From assembly GCF_008831285.2 (NCBI RefSeq), contig NC_045138.2:28210001-28274000 (forward strand): a stretch of 64,000 nucleotides of DNA, in the 5' to 3' direction. The DNA is from Nymphaea colorata (Eukaryota). Made by a program: the position numbers and the translations under genes. The notes beneath the pieces were generated by a model. The model worked only from the letters and a program-made list of their open reading frames with translations, did not search any database and was not told the DNA's origin. This document shows, one piece after another, positions 14,141 to 26,795 of this stretch (its first letter is position 1; the number at the start of each line of letters is the position of its first letter).

Positions 14141-15334
14141 CTCGCAAGAATTAATTTCACCAATCTTTATTCAATTCAAACACATAAGTTCAGAGTAGGG
14201 GATGCATAGGTACGGCGGTGCCTGGCTTCCTATTTTTTTCATTCAAAATATATTTCTAAAAGTCTTCAAAGCCAAAGGTGCATCAATTGACTGTTTTATT
14301 ATCATGCTGATAATTAAGAACAATTGACACCTCACCATATTCAATTGTTAAAATATTAAGTCCAAAATTAAACCTATAGTTTAGCGTGATTGTCCTGTCA
14401 ATCTGCTTCAAAGATTGAGGTATGTTCATGAAGCAATAGTTTTAGTGTTTCATGAACTTGTCCATATCTTTTGGGCACATTCATGAAACAATTAATGCAT
14501 CGCTTCAATGGTTGCACGCAGTAACCTGAAGGGCATGGCGCAACACTCTTCCCTTAGAATAATATGTCCCAATGCGATCTCGACACTAAGCCATGTTAGC
14601 GTCATGATATACTCAATTAAACTAACTACTTCTTATTAGATTGAGACATATAGTGCTTGTTCTTTATGTTTTGAGATTTTTAACCTTAGAGTTAACAAAA
14701 TTTTCATTATTGTTGATCAAATAATATAATAAAATTTCATGAATACTCAGAATCTTCACAAAAGAACTTAAAACGAAGAGCTTTTTCCCCCAGAAAAATT
14801 AAGGTAGATATTTCGCTGGCTTGATCCCATTGGACCCATATTTTAGTTAAACAAAACATGTGGCATGTCAAATTTAAGCAAGGGTTGATAATATGAATGT
14901 CAGTAAATGTGGAACGCAAGAAGAAACAGACAAGCTACGGCGCTCTCCTTCCTTGCACTCAAAGAACGCCATAAAACATTCTCAGCCGTTGCTATGTTTA
15001 ATGATGGATCAACGCTTCAAATTGAACAGAGACGGCTTCTCATTCTATACATTCTCCTCCATTAATTAATCAAACAAGCAATGCAAGCCCTTAAAAGAAA
15101 ATAGAGCATAAGTTTGGCTAAGCGGAAAGGGAGTTCGTTTATCAATACAATTAAATACTGATTGCAAACTTGAAAATTGTTTTCTCTACTGAAGATACCC
15201 AAGTTTTGCTTGAAAAAACAATTTCAAGCATGGACAACTAACAAAATGCTGCGACAAGTTTGTAGTATAATTGGTTGGGACGAAGGCCATGTTGAAGGTG
15301 TGTTTCTGTTTCAATTTTCGTAGGTGCTATTCTT

Positions 15335-15521
15335 CAGGGGCAGAGAGAAAGGAGGGCTGCGTAAGCCGTGACTCCACCCCAATTAATTGAAAAAAAAAAT
15401 ATTTTAAAAAATTAAAAATTTTTAGTTGTGTAATGTATTTTTTTATTTATGTTTAGTATAACTCTACTAGGATAAGTTCGTTGGATGAGTCGACCTAAAA
15501 AAAATCCTCGCTCCACCCCTG
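15335..15521. mobile_element. MITE-like element, same family
   Basis: Imperfect TIRs CAGGGGCAGAG ... CTCCACCCCTG flank a ~190 bp AT-rich core. Confidence 0.65.
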
Positions 15522-16179
15522 ATACTCTCATGAGTCACATGCAGTGCACTCCATTAAGTTAAAAGCCCCAACACAATATATTACACCAGAAGTGAAGGAG
15601 AAACCATGAATAACCTCTCTCTCTCAGCCGTGGATAACCTCTCTTACTCCCACAAATAAACAAGAGAAAAACCACCAAGACATGGGCAGCCAAAAAGACG
15701 ATAATAATTGGCCTCGTTTCTTCTGACCGACTGTCCACCCAATTGTCCGTTTGCGTAAGATGAAATATCCCTACTCTTCATTTTTTCAAAAGAGGAAGCT
15801 AGGGGAAAAAGTATATCCATGAGACTATTATCTTCCCACTAATTATCAATTTTTGTATTAAAAAAGGAACAATAGTGACAGTTCATCTCACGCAAACGAG
15901 CAACTCGGCTATCAATTCTGCATCGAATTCATTTATACTAACTACCCTCGATGGTACATTCACCGACAAAATTGATAGACAAGTTTAGAATTATATTTTT
16001 TATAAAACCTCCAAAGCCATTGCAATGATCGCCCTCAATGTCTTAATATGCATCAAGGCATGGCATAGAAATGGTACACCGTCAAACACTGGTCGAGCCA
16101 GAAAAGTTAGTTGTAGGGCACAAGGATAAATGTTTTAAAATGCTCATTTAAAAATAAAATAATTTTAAGAGACTGGTGC

Positions 16180-16346
16180 GGGCAGTTGCCCACACCAGTC
16201 ACCATGTGGCTCCGCCATTGTCTACATCACCTAAAAACCACAGCCCTACACAAATGAATTGTTTTGTGGGCAGTTGCCCACACCAGTCATCATGTGGCTT
16301 CGCCGTTGTCTACATCACCTAGAAACCATAGCCCTACACAAATGAA
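16180..16346 (+). repeat. Two-copy ~88 bp direct repeat (MITE end plus flank)
   Basis: GGGCAGTTGCCCACACCAGTCA..ATGTGGCT..GCC.TTGTCTACATCACCTA.AAACCA.AGCCCTACACAAATGAAT occurs at 16180 and 16268. Confidence 0.9.
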
Positions 16347-16872
16347 TGAATTGAAGACACTTTTGATTTCACCACACTTTAGATTGTGAAAAAAACATTT
16401 TCGTGAATATCAGCCCTTCAATTATCTTTGTGAATAACAACCTACTTTCCAACAAGGATATTTTGCGTGGTTGATCTAAGTCAAGCTGGCTCAACTCTAA
16501 CCATTAAGTTCTTTTCCATTATAAGTGGCAGTAGAAATGTGAAAAAGATGTCAAACTAAGGAAAATAACAATGTCCACATCACTATATTCATGTCACAGT
16601 AAAATGAAAAGGATTTCCAATGCATGCAAACTGCTTGGAGTATGGCTCCCTACCATTTAAAAAAAAAGGAAGTACAAAAAATAGAAAGAAATGGGAACCC
16701 TGCAGTCACTTTGTGTAAAAAATCCCATTCTCTAACAGCATTTACTGGAACAAAAACATTAAGTAAATTAATCACTTGTGTTGGTGGGTTTGCATGAAGA
16801 ACAGCTAACAAAAAGCTGACGTTGACAATGCAAAACATTTCCAAAACCTATCCCTTGTCTGTTAGCTGCTCT

Positions 16873-17056
16873 TAGGGGCGAAGCCAGGATTTTTTTTAGG
16901 GGCGAGCCTATTGACCTCTGGGTAAGGGCAAAACTGAACCAAATTAAAAAAAATACATTGTACAACTTTTTTTTTTAAAAAAAAAATCAACGTATTTTTT
17001 TAGTTAGTTGAGGTGGGGCCATGGCCTAGGTTGCCCCACCTCTCCCTCCGCCCTTG
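16873..17056. mobile_element. MITE-like element, same family
   Basis: TIRs TAGGGGCGAAGCC ... CTCCGCCCTTG. The flanks CTGCTCT / TTGCTCT resemble a degenerate target-site duplication. Confidence 0.65.
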
Positions 17057-17519
17057 TTGCTCTCTTAAGTGTAAGTTTTCAAGGTAAAGGAGCCTTAACA
17101 ATAAGAATCCATTCAAATACCTACGGAAGTCATTGAAGGTGAATTCAAGCACCTCATCAGCGTTCGGTTGAAAATCTTTCTTCATGAAGCTTACATTGGA
17201 ATATAAGCGTTGGAGCGAAAGCAACCATCTGCATCTAGGATCGTACCCAAAAGCACTAGCACTAGGGTATCCTTCCCTGTTCGAGAACTCTCTATTGCTT
17301 GTAGTAATAGGGGAGCCACAAAAATTGGTTGGAGGGACACTCGTTTAAAACTACTAATATTTGATGGGGGCACTTGTATACATATATAATATAAAGATAA
17401 ATGTTTGAAGATGTCCTTTTAAAAATAAAGAAATTTTAAGAGACTAGTGTGAGCAATGCACCTACTTGTTGATCAACTTTTTTTCAAATGAAAAGGATTT
17501 CATTTAATACTTCTCGCCT

Positions 17520-18000
17520 ACCCTAGGGTGGTCAGCACATTAACATTGCACGTGAGCCATGTTCTCTCTCTCCATTCTCTCTCTGAATAACCTCAAGAGG
17601 TCTGGTTTTCACCTTGCAAGTAGATGCCCTCTTTGTTGTTGTGCCGAGGAAACTACCACTCACCTGGTATGGTTTTGTCGAGTGTCTCAAGATCTTTATG
17701 CACTTACTTGGTCTATGCCCCCATCGAAGTCACAAACATATCTACAATTCGGAACCTGATCCATGGACCAACTAGAGTGAGACACAAAAAGAAATGGCGC
17801 ACCATCTGGAGAATTTGGCTGTTTACGTTTTGGTGGGTCATTTGGAACTCCAGAAATGATATTATCTATAGAAATGAGGCGGTCTCAGTGGAACGCATGG
17901 CTTCCTCCATTTTGTATGATGTTTGGTTAATTTTCCGTAACCTATGGGGAAATACTGGTACAATCAACCTCATACAAGCATTAAGAGCTTATTTGTAGAT
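17520..18000 (+). mobile_element. 5'-truncated LINE 3' fragment (zf-RVT region)
   Basis: LNNLKRSGFHLASRCPLCCCAEETTTHLVWFC (CxxC...HxxxxC), then after a frameshift WWVIWNSRNDIIY (WxIWxxRN motif). An A-rich tract follows at ~18120-18150. Confidence 0.8.
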
Positions 18001-20330
18001 GTAATCTTTTTCAAGTTCAACTTTTTGTTGGGCTTATGTTTAATGTTATTTTCTTTTCTCTCTCTCTTCATTCTCTCTCTCTCATGTATGTAGTGTATTT
18101 TGGAGGTCGCCAAAGGACTTAAAAAAAAAGTAAAAAATTGTCACTAAAAAAAAGGTCGGTACGTAAGTATTAATGACGGTTTATGCTGCAGTAATAGTAA
18201 AGCTTCTCACATTCCATATGCAAACAGATCATGCACTCGTTCAATTGAAATCTACGAAATTAAAACAATTAATCAAATCAAAGAGATGTACAAAACGATT
18301 AATTACACCAATCTTTGTCCGAGTCGCTGAGTACAAATACGGGATGCATATTGACTGGCGGCGTGTTTGGACTCAGATTAGTTATCCTCCCCACCTGGAT
18401 TGCATGTCAATCTATGTCATCAAAAAAGAAATTTATGCACAAAGTGATTTTTATTATTTGGCATCCGATTTAGCCATATTTTCATTAGAAATATATTTCT
18501 AAAAATCTTTAAAACCAAAGTTACACAAATTGACTATTTTATTCATGTTGGATAATTAGGAACAAATGACACATCGCCATATTCAATTATTGATATATTA
18601 AATCAACCATAGTCCCACGTTGGAATAGTTGTTAAAATAATAAGCAACGCATGCCGAAAACGATCATAATATGTAGTACACAATAAAACAATATATTGTA
18701 ATTATTTGTCTATGATCGTCACTTCAATCGTTGTACGCATTATCTGAAGGGCTTTTTAACTATGTTTTGGGATTTTTAACCTTGGAGTTAAAAAACAAAT
18801 CATTATTGTAATATAATAAAAATTTCTTGAGTACCCAAATTCCTTTACAAATGAACTTAAAAAGAAGAGTTTTTTTTCCATAAAAATTAAGGTAGAAGGA
18901 ATTTCTGCTGGTTTTGCGGCTAGCCGAGAAATCATTTTCGGTTTTTCGGTTTCTTTTTTTCCTTTTTTAAAAAGCTGTCACATATAGGCTAGTATGGGCA
19001 TGCAGTTGCCCACAGGCGCTTTTTTTTCACTTTTACATTAATATTTTTAAATATTAGTTTTGTTATATATAGTGCCTCATATAAAAAAAATTCTTGGCGA
19101 ACCATTGTCGCGGACCTATAGGGCCGAGTCAAGGTAGGGTCTGCTTGAGCCCTGGCCCCAAACTTATTTTTTTTTAAAACATTGATAATGCCTATGTCAC
19201 CTACCTAAAAACCAACTGCCGACAAATTTAATGCTGTGACCCACTTTGGAAGGATATTTACTAAGGTAAAGTATATGTTTAGCATTTCACTCGTTTTTCA
19301 TGAAGGCTACAGAAGCTTTAGTGACATTTATGTATATAAGAAAAAAATTAACATCCGAGTAAAAAAAATCTAAGAAATGGCATCTGGTCGATCTAAATAT
19401 ACATTTGGTTGGATTTGTATCCACATTCAAATAGAATTTAGTTTTAAAGAAATATCATATATTCAATGTCCATGCATTTTGAAAGTCGGTTCTGTAGTGC
19501 CCATTGGCGAATTAACATATGAAAAGCCAGATATGGTTAAGAGTACATCTGATTCGAATATGATATGTAGACACCACTGATTGGGATTGGGAACTCACTT
19601 TTGAATCGGGACTCCACCTATCGTAGTGATGAGTTCCAATTCAAATCGTTGATGAAACTAAGTTGGATCTCTGCTTGTCAGATTCTCTTTAAGGTTTTGA
19701 ATTTTGACATCTGGATCTACCTCAGATCCAAATTCGTCAAACCAAATCATGATCCGGAACAGGGGAGCAGCAGCTCTGTTCCCGAAGGCAGAACCAGCTT
19801 CAATTATTCTTTTGAAGCATATACAAGATCCAAATCCAGTAACTATTTAACATTATTTTACATACCATCTGTCATGCAGTTTATAACTTTATATAAGTAT
19901 CCAACCAATTCAGACTCATCAATGCTGGTTGAGTTTGAACTCATGCAGTTTATAAATACATTGTTATTGTCAGATAAAATTATTTAAAACTTAAGAAGTT
20001 TATCTGAAACGGGTTTAATCAGAACATTTGCGTCTGAATATACGAACAGATTCAATCCGTTAACTGACATCTGACATTCTTTGCTGGCAAATATTTAAAC
20101 ATTTTTCAATTTGGTTATTTGAAATAGTTTTGCTCTGTTTTCAAAAGCATTTTTTATTATGTTTATTCGGATTGAAATTGATTGAAAGAAACGGCACAAT
20201 CTGGTTTCGATTTTAATAACGGTGAGGAAGACAACTAAAATAACTCACAGGTAAAAAGTTAAGAAGAAAAACTATAAGAGCGTCCCTTGAGAGACCTGAG
20301 CCTGTCAATGATTCGATCCGCTTCTTGGTC

Positions 20331-21839
20331 ATGGCCGCTCCGTCGTTCTTCCTCCTCGCCGTCGTTACCTGCGTCGGCCTCGCCGGCGCTGCAAGAATCC
20401 AACGTGTTGTGCCGGAGTCCAGCAGTCGGGTAGACGGCCGCGGGCGTTCCCGCAATAACAGGAACTGCTCCAGCTGGCATTTTGTGGTCGAGACCAACGG
20501 TGCCGGTCACTGGGCGACGGTGCCGCAGAGGTGCGTCGGGTACGTCAAGCAGTACATGACGGGGAAGAGTTACGAGTCTGACTCTGCTGCGGTGGCGTCC
20601 GAGGCATTAGAGTTTGCCCGGAGCGTGAACATGACCGGCGACGGTAAGGATGCCTGGGTTTTCGACATTGATGATACGCTCGTCTCCTGCCTGCCATACT
20701 ACGCAGAGCATGGCTACGGGTAAGGACTCTGTCTCTCTTTCTCTGCTATTTCTTCTGATGTCGTGGCAATGCCGTTCGGGCCCGCTCTGTGGCCTACCGG
20801 AGACAGGACGTCCGGTGTGTTCACGGTGAGAAAAGGGGAAGGATTTCCGGCTGATGTTCGAGTTCACGAACGGTGTTGCCTAATGGCATGCCCTTAGTCT
20901 CGAGCCATGGAATATGGATTTTCTGTTTTTTTTCATGTAAAACTTTTCAGAACGCTGTAGTGGTCGGCGCATCGTAACCCACCGCGCGATCCTCGTGAGC
21001 GTATTTTGAATTTTAAAATCAAACAATGGATTTTAAGTTAAATTCAATAACTGGGTATTTTGATTTTACTTTCTCCACTGACAAAAAGTCTGATCTAAAA
21101 CAAAAAAAGGAAGAATCTGATCTTATGTTGATGGATTTTAAAGTGTGAGAACCTAAGACGAGAGCAAATCAAAGGTAACCAAACACCCCCTCAATGTTTT
21201 TGTTTAATAATGAGAAGAAAATGTGAGCGACGGTGTGATAGACTGGAAGTTCTGGTTCACGATTTAATTTGCTGCAAATCCAGATCGGAGGTTTTTAATG
21301 AGACGACCTTCGACGAGTGGGTGGACGAAGGGGTTGCACCGGCGCTGCCAGAGACCAAGAAGCTGTATTATGAACTCCACAGTTTGGGATTTCAGATCTT
21401 CCTGATAACAGGACGCAGCGAGAGCCAGAGGAACCTCACGGCTTCCACTCTCCGGCGTGCTGGATACAGCTCTTGGAAGAAACTCGTCCTCAGGTAAGCA
21501 ATCTGCGAGAATTTATTACTAGTGTGCATCATATATTTCGAGAAAACATGAATTTTTCTTTCTTTTTCCCCTTTCTGGATTCGAGATCTTTGAACTTGAA
21601 ATTGTGGTCTGTGTGGTTCGGATTTGTGAGTTGATTATTTATGAACTTTTTGGTGGCGCAGAGGAACGGAGGATAAAGGGAAACTTGCCATTATATATAA
21701 ATCGAAGAAGAGGTTGGAGATTGAGAAGGAAGGGTATCGGATCCATGGGAGCGCTGGGGATCAATGGAGTGACCTCCTGGGCAATGCTACTGCCACCAGA
21801 TCGTTCAAGCTCCCAAATCCCATGTACTTCATTGCATGA
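20331..21839 (+). CDS. Acid phosphatase 1-like (HAD superfamily subfamily IIIB, APS1/VSP family), copy 1
   Basis: Exons 20331-20719, 21284-21493, 21662-21839. Signal-peptide-like N-terminus, CSSWHFVVETN, HAD motif WVFDIDDTL, LITGR and GDQWSDLLG...RSFKLPNPMYFIA*. TATA-like TATAAG at ~20273. Confidence 0.95.
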
Positions 21840-22474
21840 TCAGCTGCTCTAGTGTTGTCTTCTCCCTGCCTCAACAAGTCTACTATTCTTCTTTCTGTTG
21901 CCCAGAAACCAGTGTGTCAACTGAGACGCTTCTTTGATTTCTGTTCCAACAGTGTTAGTTATTTTATTAAATAATTAAGAGGAACAATAGAACTTGAGTG
22001 TTATACCTTTATAGAACGATATAAAGTAGTCGCGACGGTTCTAGACGTCGGCAAATATCGGCCAGCCCCGTCTGGAACTGATCTACTGACAGCCAAGAAG
22101 CCGTTGGCTATACTTTCGTAGAGAAAAGTAATTCTGACAAAGTTATGCGTAGGCAAAAATGAACATTATTTACGACAGCCACCAACGTCAGAAATTAAAA
22201 TCCCTTTTTTGACAACGGGCGAGGGGAGTTGAATTAAAGTTTCTAAACTTTTTGACTAAACCAAAAAATCGTGAAATTTTCTAAAATTTACATATAAATT
22301 TTTAAAATAAACTTTTTACTTTTTTTTTAGATGGAACTAAGGCTCACACGGGCCTTACCTTAGCTATGCTCCTGCTAAACAGTTACGAAATATGCTGATT
22401 TACAGCTCAGGGACACTATGTCCCGACACTCCAAACCATCACCGTCGGGACATCTAACGTCTATCATTAGGAAA

Positions 22475-22477
<3 letters not shown>

Positions 22478-22548
<71 letters not shown>
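22478..22548. repeat. (TA)n microsatellite
   Basis: ~70 bp pure TA run. Confidence 0.98.
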
Positions 22549-22551
<3 letters not shown>

Positions 22552-23960
22552 AGAAACAAAAAGAGAGTCCATGCACTAAAAAAGAAAATTTTATAATACT
22601 TCATCGTAAATAACACACAATGGAGCCAATCATATTTAGATGCAAAAAAATTCACTGGAATGTTCATAGTACAATAATTTGCTCATAGTACAAAATATAA
22701 GAAGTTCCTCCAAACAGCCCAACAGGATGTCTAGAAGGTTGTTTTCTTTCCCAAGACATGGAATGACAGTAGGCACAGTAATGATCTGCACTCCGACACT
22801 CGACAATCTTGGCTCCCCTCGCAATTTCAAATACTAATTACATGTATGAACATGGAACAAAGACATGGAAGCTTCTTGCTATTGATCTAGCATTTCTGCC
22901 CAAATTGTGCCCAACTGCACCACAGATTTTCACATGTAATGATCATTTAACAGTCAATAACTTATCAATTTCACCACAGTGGAAATAAAACACCCCGTCA
23001 GAACTATCCCTGCAGTTCTTCATCAATTATGGGCAGTTTTTACAGTAACTGTCTTGTAAATCATGACGATTTAGACAAAGAAAAAGCAAACATATATATG
23101 GAGGAATTCTGCATATGTGAGTAAAACATGAAGGTTCCAAACTACAGTACTGAAGTTCAAAGAGCAGCTCATATTCTAAGCTTTGAAGTTAGCAGAGGGA
23201 TTCGTCATGCTAAAAAGAACATAACCATCATAATAGAGAAATCATTCTGGTACCCCCAAGTGCCCCTCTAAGTTTCTTAGCTTTTATAGCATCATATGCA
23301 GCCAAGCCCAAGGTGACAGCATGCTTCCCTCCATATAATTCAACTACTATTGCGCATTGAAGAGATTCAGTACTATTGAACAGCTATCTTCTCTGCAGGA
23401 GTCGTCGGGTTCCTTCATAGTATTTTGTAGTTATCTTCAAGGAGGGACACCACCAACATGCCTTGCTAAATAATTTTAACAAAAAAACAAAGCTTTCTTA
23501 GAGTACAATGAAATTGGTATGAACAGCAATTTTACCATAACAACTTGGACATTGAAGTTATATGTACAGGAGTCAAGCATCAACAGAAACTCCTGCTGTT
23601 ACGCTCTTCCCACAAAAATTTCCCTTGGGGACAAAGTACAAATGAACCACAGTAGCACAAACAGAAATTTTGTCGTCTATATTCAATTTTGAGAATCCAT
23701 AATCGAAACATGCGCTTGATTACCACCAAGTAAAACCGTCCTTCTGGAAGTGGCTCGCATCTGAAACAAGTGAAAGGCAGAATTTCTGATTTTGATGTTT
23801 CCTTGGTAATTGTATAAAGAGAGAGAGAGAGAGAGAGGCTCCAACACATGCTCGGTTGAGCTATATATATAAAATGGGAAGAAGATGATAGGTATTTTTA
23901 GGTCCAGGAAGTTGGAGACAAAACATGATATGTGACATTTTAAGAGACATTCAATTTCAT

Positions 23961-23962
<2 letters not shown>

Positions 23963-24020
<58 letters not shown>
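23963..24020. repeat. Compound (CT)n(AT)n microsatellite
   Basis: Directly visible in the sequence. Confidence 0.97.
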
Positions 24021-24901
24021 AACAAGTCTTTCTTTTAGTTTCTAAACCGATTGATTGAGTGGAAGTCAACACACCATTCTCAGTTGGGTCAACCTGCCTC
24101 CATCCGATATACAGTTTTCATCGAGGTTCTTTTCTGCTTCTTTATCATTGCCATTATCCTTCAATCTGCTGCTCTAATCCCCGGTTTGTCAGTTTCTTCA
24201 TTTTGGATTCGGTTAGCGCTGAAGTTAAGAACCTTTTTTAGGTGGCTGAATTACAATTTTAAAAATTTTAACAGAGATGAAACTTTTTATATCAGCTAAA
24301 CAAAGTCTTTCAAAAATACGTGTAATTTTTTTTTTTTTCTGTAAAAAGTTTGAGTTGAGACGTCCAGGAATGCAGATTGCAGAATATTTAAAAGCTTTGA
24401 TCCGTCCAGAGTCATATAATTTTCCACCTCTGCACTTTCTTGTTTTGATTGGATTTGGATATGAAAGAATGAAACGTTGTTGGAATTTGTTTTTGCATAA
24501 TCGGATCCGGATGTCTGTGAGAGTCAAATATATGCCATTTAATCACAAACAGAGCTTGTTCGAGCTTATCTGATTACGAATCGTTCGATTCATGCAACAC
24601 ATCGAGATTAAACTCAATTGCAAATCATGACGAAGATATGAAATGATTTGGTATACATGAAAAACTAAGAAACAAATTAACGTAAAAAAGCAGACGCATA
24701 GAGTTTATGAAAATAAAATATTTGTATTCACATATACAATACTAACCTCATTTTTTTATTAATGAACATAAACAAGTTGATTTGATTAGTCACATGCTGT
24801 TCATATGCTTGGCTCGCGAGCCGGCTCAAGTTCGAACTAAGTTGTTCGTCTCTCATCCTTTGATTTCACCTGAAAAGAAAAGTAAACGATACGCATCTAA
24901 T

Positions 24902-25073
24902 TACTTTATAAAATGATACATAAAAGTAATTAACGGCAAACACTCTGGCTGCAACGTGCAAGTAAGTATCGCGTAGATGTTACGCGACACTTACTTGCAC
25001 GTTGCAGCCACGGTGTTTGCCTAATTTTTTGAGTTAATTACTTGACTTATTGTATGCATCATTTTATAAAGTA
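24902..25073. repeat. Long inverted repeat / foldback (41-bp inner stem plus outer arms)
   Basis: 24935-24975 is the reverse complement of 24981-25021 at 38/41 positions, with a 5-nt loop. The outer arms are TACTTTATAAAATGATACATA / TATGCATCATTTTATAAAGTA. Confidence 0.95.
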
Positions 25074-25979
25074 GGCGTGTCAGTCAGTAAGATTGGGTTT
25101 CGAATCAAGTATCCAACAAGAACCCCGTACTCGTCCGAGCTCAGGCTAAAAAAAAAAAATGAATGAGCCCGACTGAGCACGGTTCTGCCAGACAAGATTT
25201 GTTTAATGCATTTTTTATTTATTTATATATATGATTATAATGTTGTATTACTATTAATTATATTTATATATTATTATATATTTAAAATATATATTTCTCA
25301 AGCTCAGGTTTTAGATGTTGGGCCGGGGCCAAGCACTGGTTTTGAGTGTTGGGCTAGCTCGAGCCTGACTCCTGGCCAGGCCGATCTGATGACCAGGCTT
25401 ACCTATTGCTTGCTATGATAACTTAGATTTTTAAAGTTGGGGATATTTAGAGGAGTTTGAAACTCATTCTCCTTGTTAGGATTCATGGTTGTTTCAAGAC
25501 TTACTAGGGAAAGAGAAAACGACGACTAAACTTTCACCGATCTACCAACTATGTTATGCTTCTCAAAGCGCGAGGACTTTTAGAAGGTTGAAAATATTCA
25601 TTTATTTTGCTGTTGCTTTTTTTATTCTTTGTGAAAAAACAAAAAGGAAGATGAGTAGTTTTGTTGGGTCTAGTTGAGAGGTTTCAATTGCTCTCTCTAA
25701 TTTGTTTAATAGTTACAAGAAATCATCATTGATACAATCTTTGTTCCGTGGACGACAACGACAATTTCTTCGCACTTAACAAAGGACTGCAATATTTTAA
25801 TCTTGAATGAGATCATTTTTATATTCTATTAATATAAGAAGTACATCATCCTCAAGATCGGTTGATCACATCTCTATTTTATATGCACCAGACTTGTACA
25901 TCATCATCATCATCTGCGTCGTCAAGAAGCAACATTAGCTGGACGTGTAACGAGCACACAAGCGTCGAGCTTATTTGGA

Positions 25980-26357
25980 CTTTGGATCTAAAACCAGTTT
26001 CAGCAAAGTAACTACGGTTGTCATCATATCCGTTTTGAATCAGATATTCGATTGAATCAAACAAAAAAAAAATGGATATCAATTAATATCTGATTGATTA
26101 AGAATCGGATCGAATCAGATTTGGATTTAAGAAATAACATCCAATCAAACTCAGATGTATATAAATATCCAATTGGATTTAGATGTAGATTCAGATTCAG
26201 ATCCATTTAAATTTTATTGTTCTCACATTTTGGAAATAATTTCAGTTTAAAATTGAGATTCATATGTAATTTTTCTTCATTCATATTCAAATCTGAGTGT
26301 ATTAATATTTGAAGAAACAAATATATCCAGTTTGAATCCGATGTGCTGACATCCCTA
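25980..26357. mobile_element. GGATTC/GAATCC-rich MITE-like repeat (hAT-type end CTGACATCCCTA)
   Basis: Dense GGAT/ATCC/GATTC motifs ending in ACATCCCTA. Related tracts occur at ~450-660, ~19340-20070, 29818-30158 and 36940-37340. Confidence 0.55.
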
Positions 26358-26795
26358 CTCACACTTGTCCCATGAACCTAAATTGAACCGATCAGTGGAT
26401 CTGGATTTACTATTCGGTTCGTACATAGCTGATCAACCATCTATAAGTAATAAGATCATTTTCAGATTCAGATCCGAAGCTTGGATCTATCTAAGGTTCG
26501 AATCATGTGAAACTTGATCCTTTTTGGGGGCATATCCCAAATCCGGATCTAATTCATGAGGTAGGAGAATCGGAGATGGTGCTCACGACGTGGCAATGAA
26601 CGGGCGGTGAAATAACTCGATTACTTAACTTTTTCCACTTTATATTTCGATTTTTCTTAGCCGTTGGATCTTGAGTGCCACTAATCAGCAGACTGACGAC
26701 AGACGATTAAAAAAAATGAAAGAATTAAAATTATAAGGGGCTACAGGGGAGAGGCCCGTGAACCAGCAGAGGATTTGATCGATCGCTGGCCGGCC

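Noticed and set aside
14219..14240. TGCCTGGCTTCCT resembles miR160
   Set aside because: Only the 5' half matches and there is no convincing hairpin.
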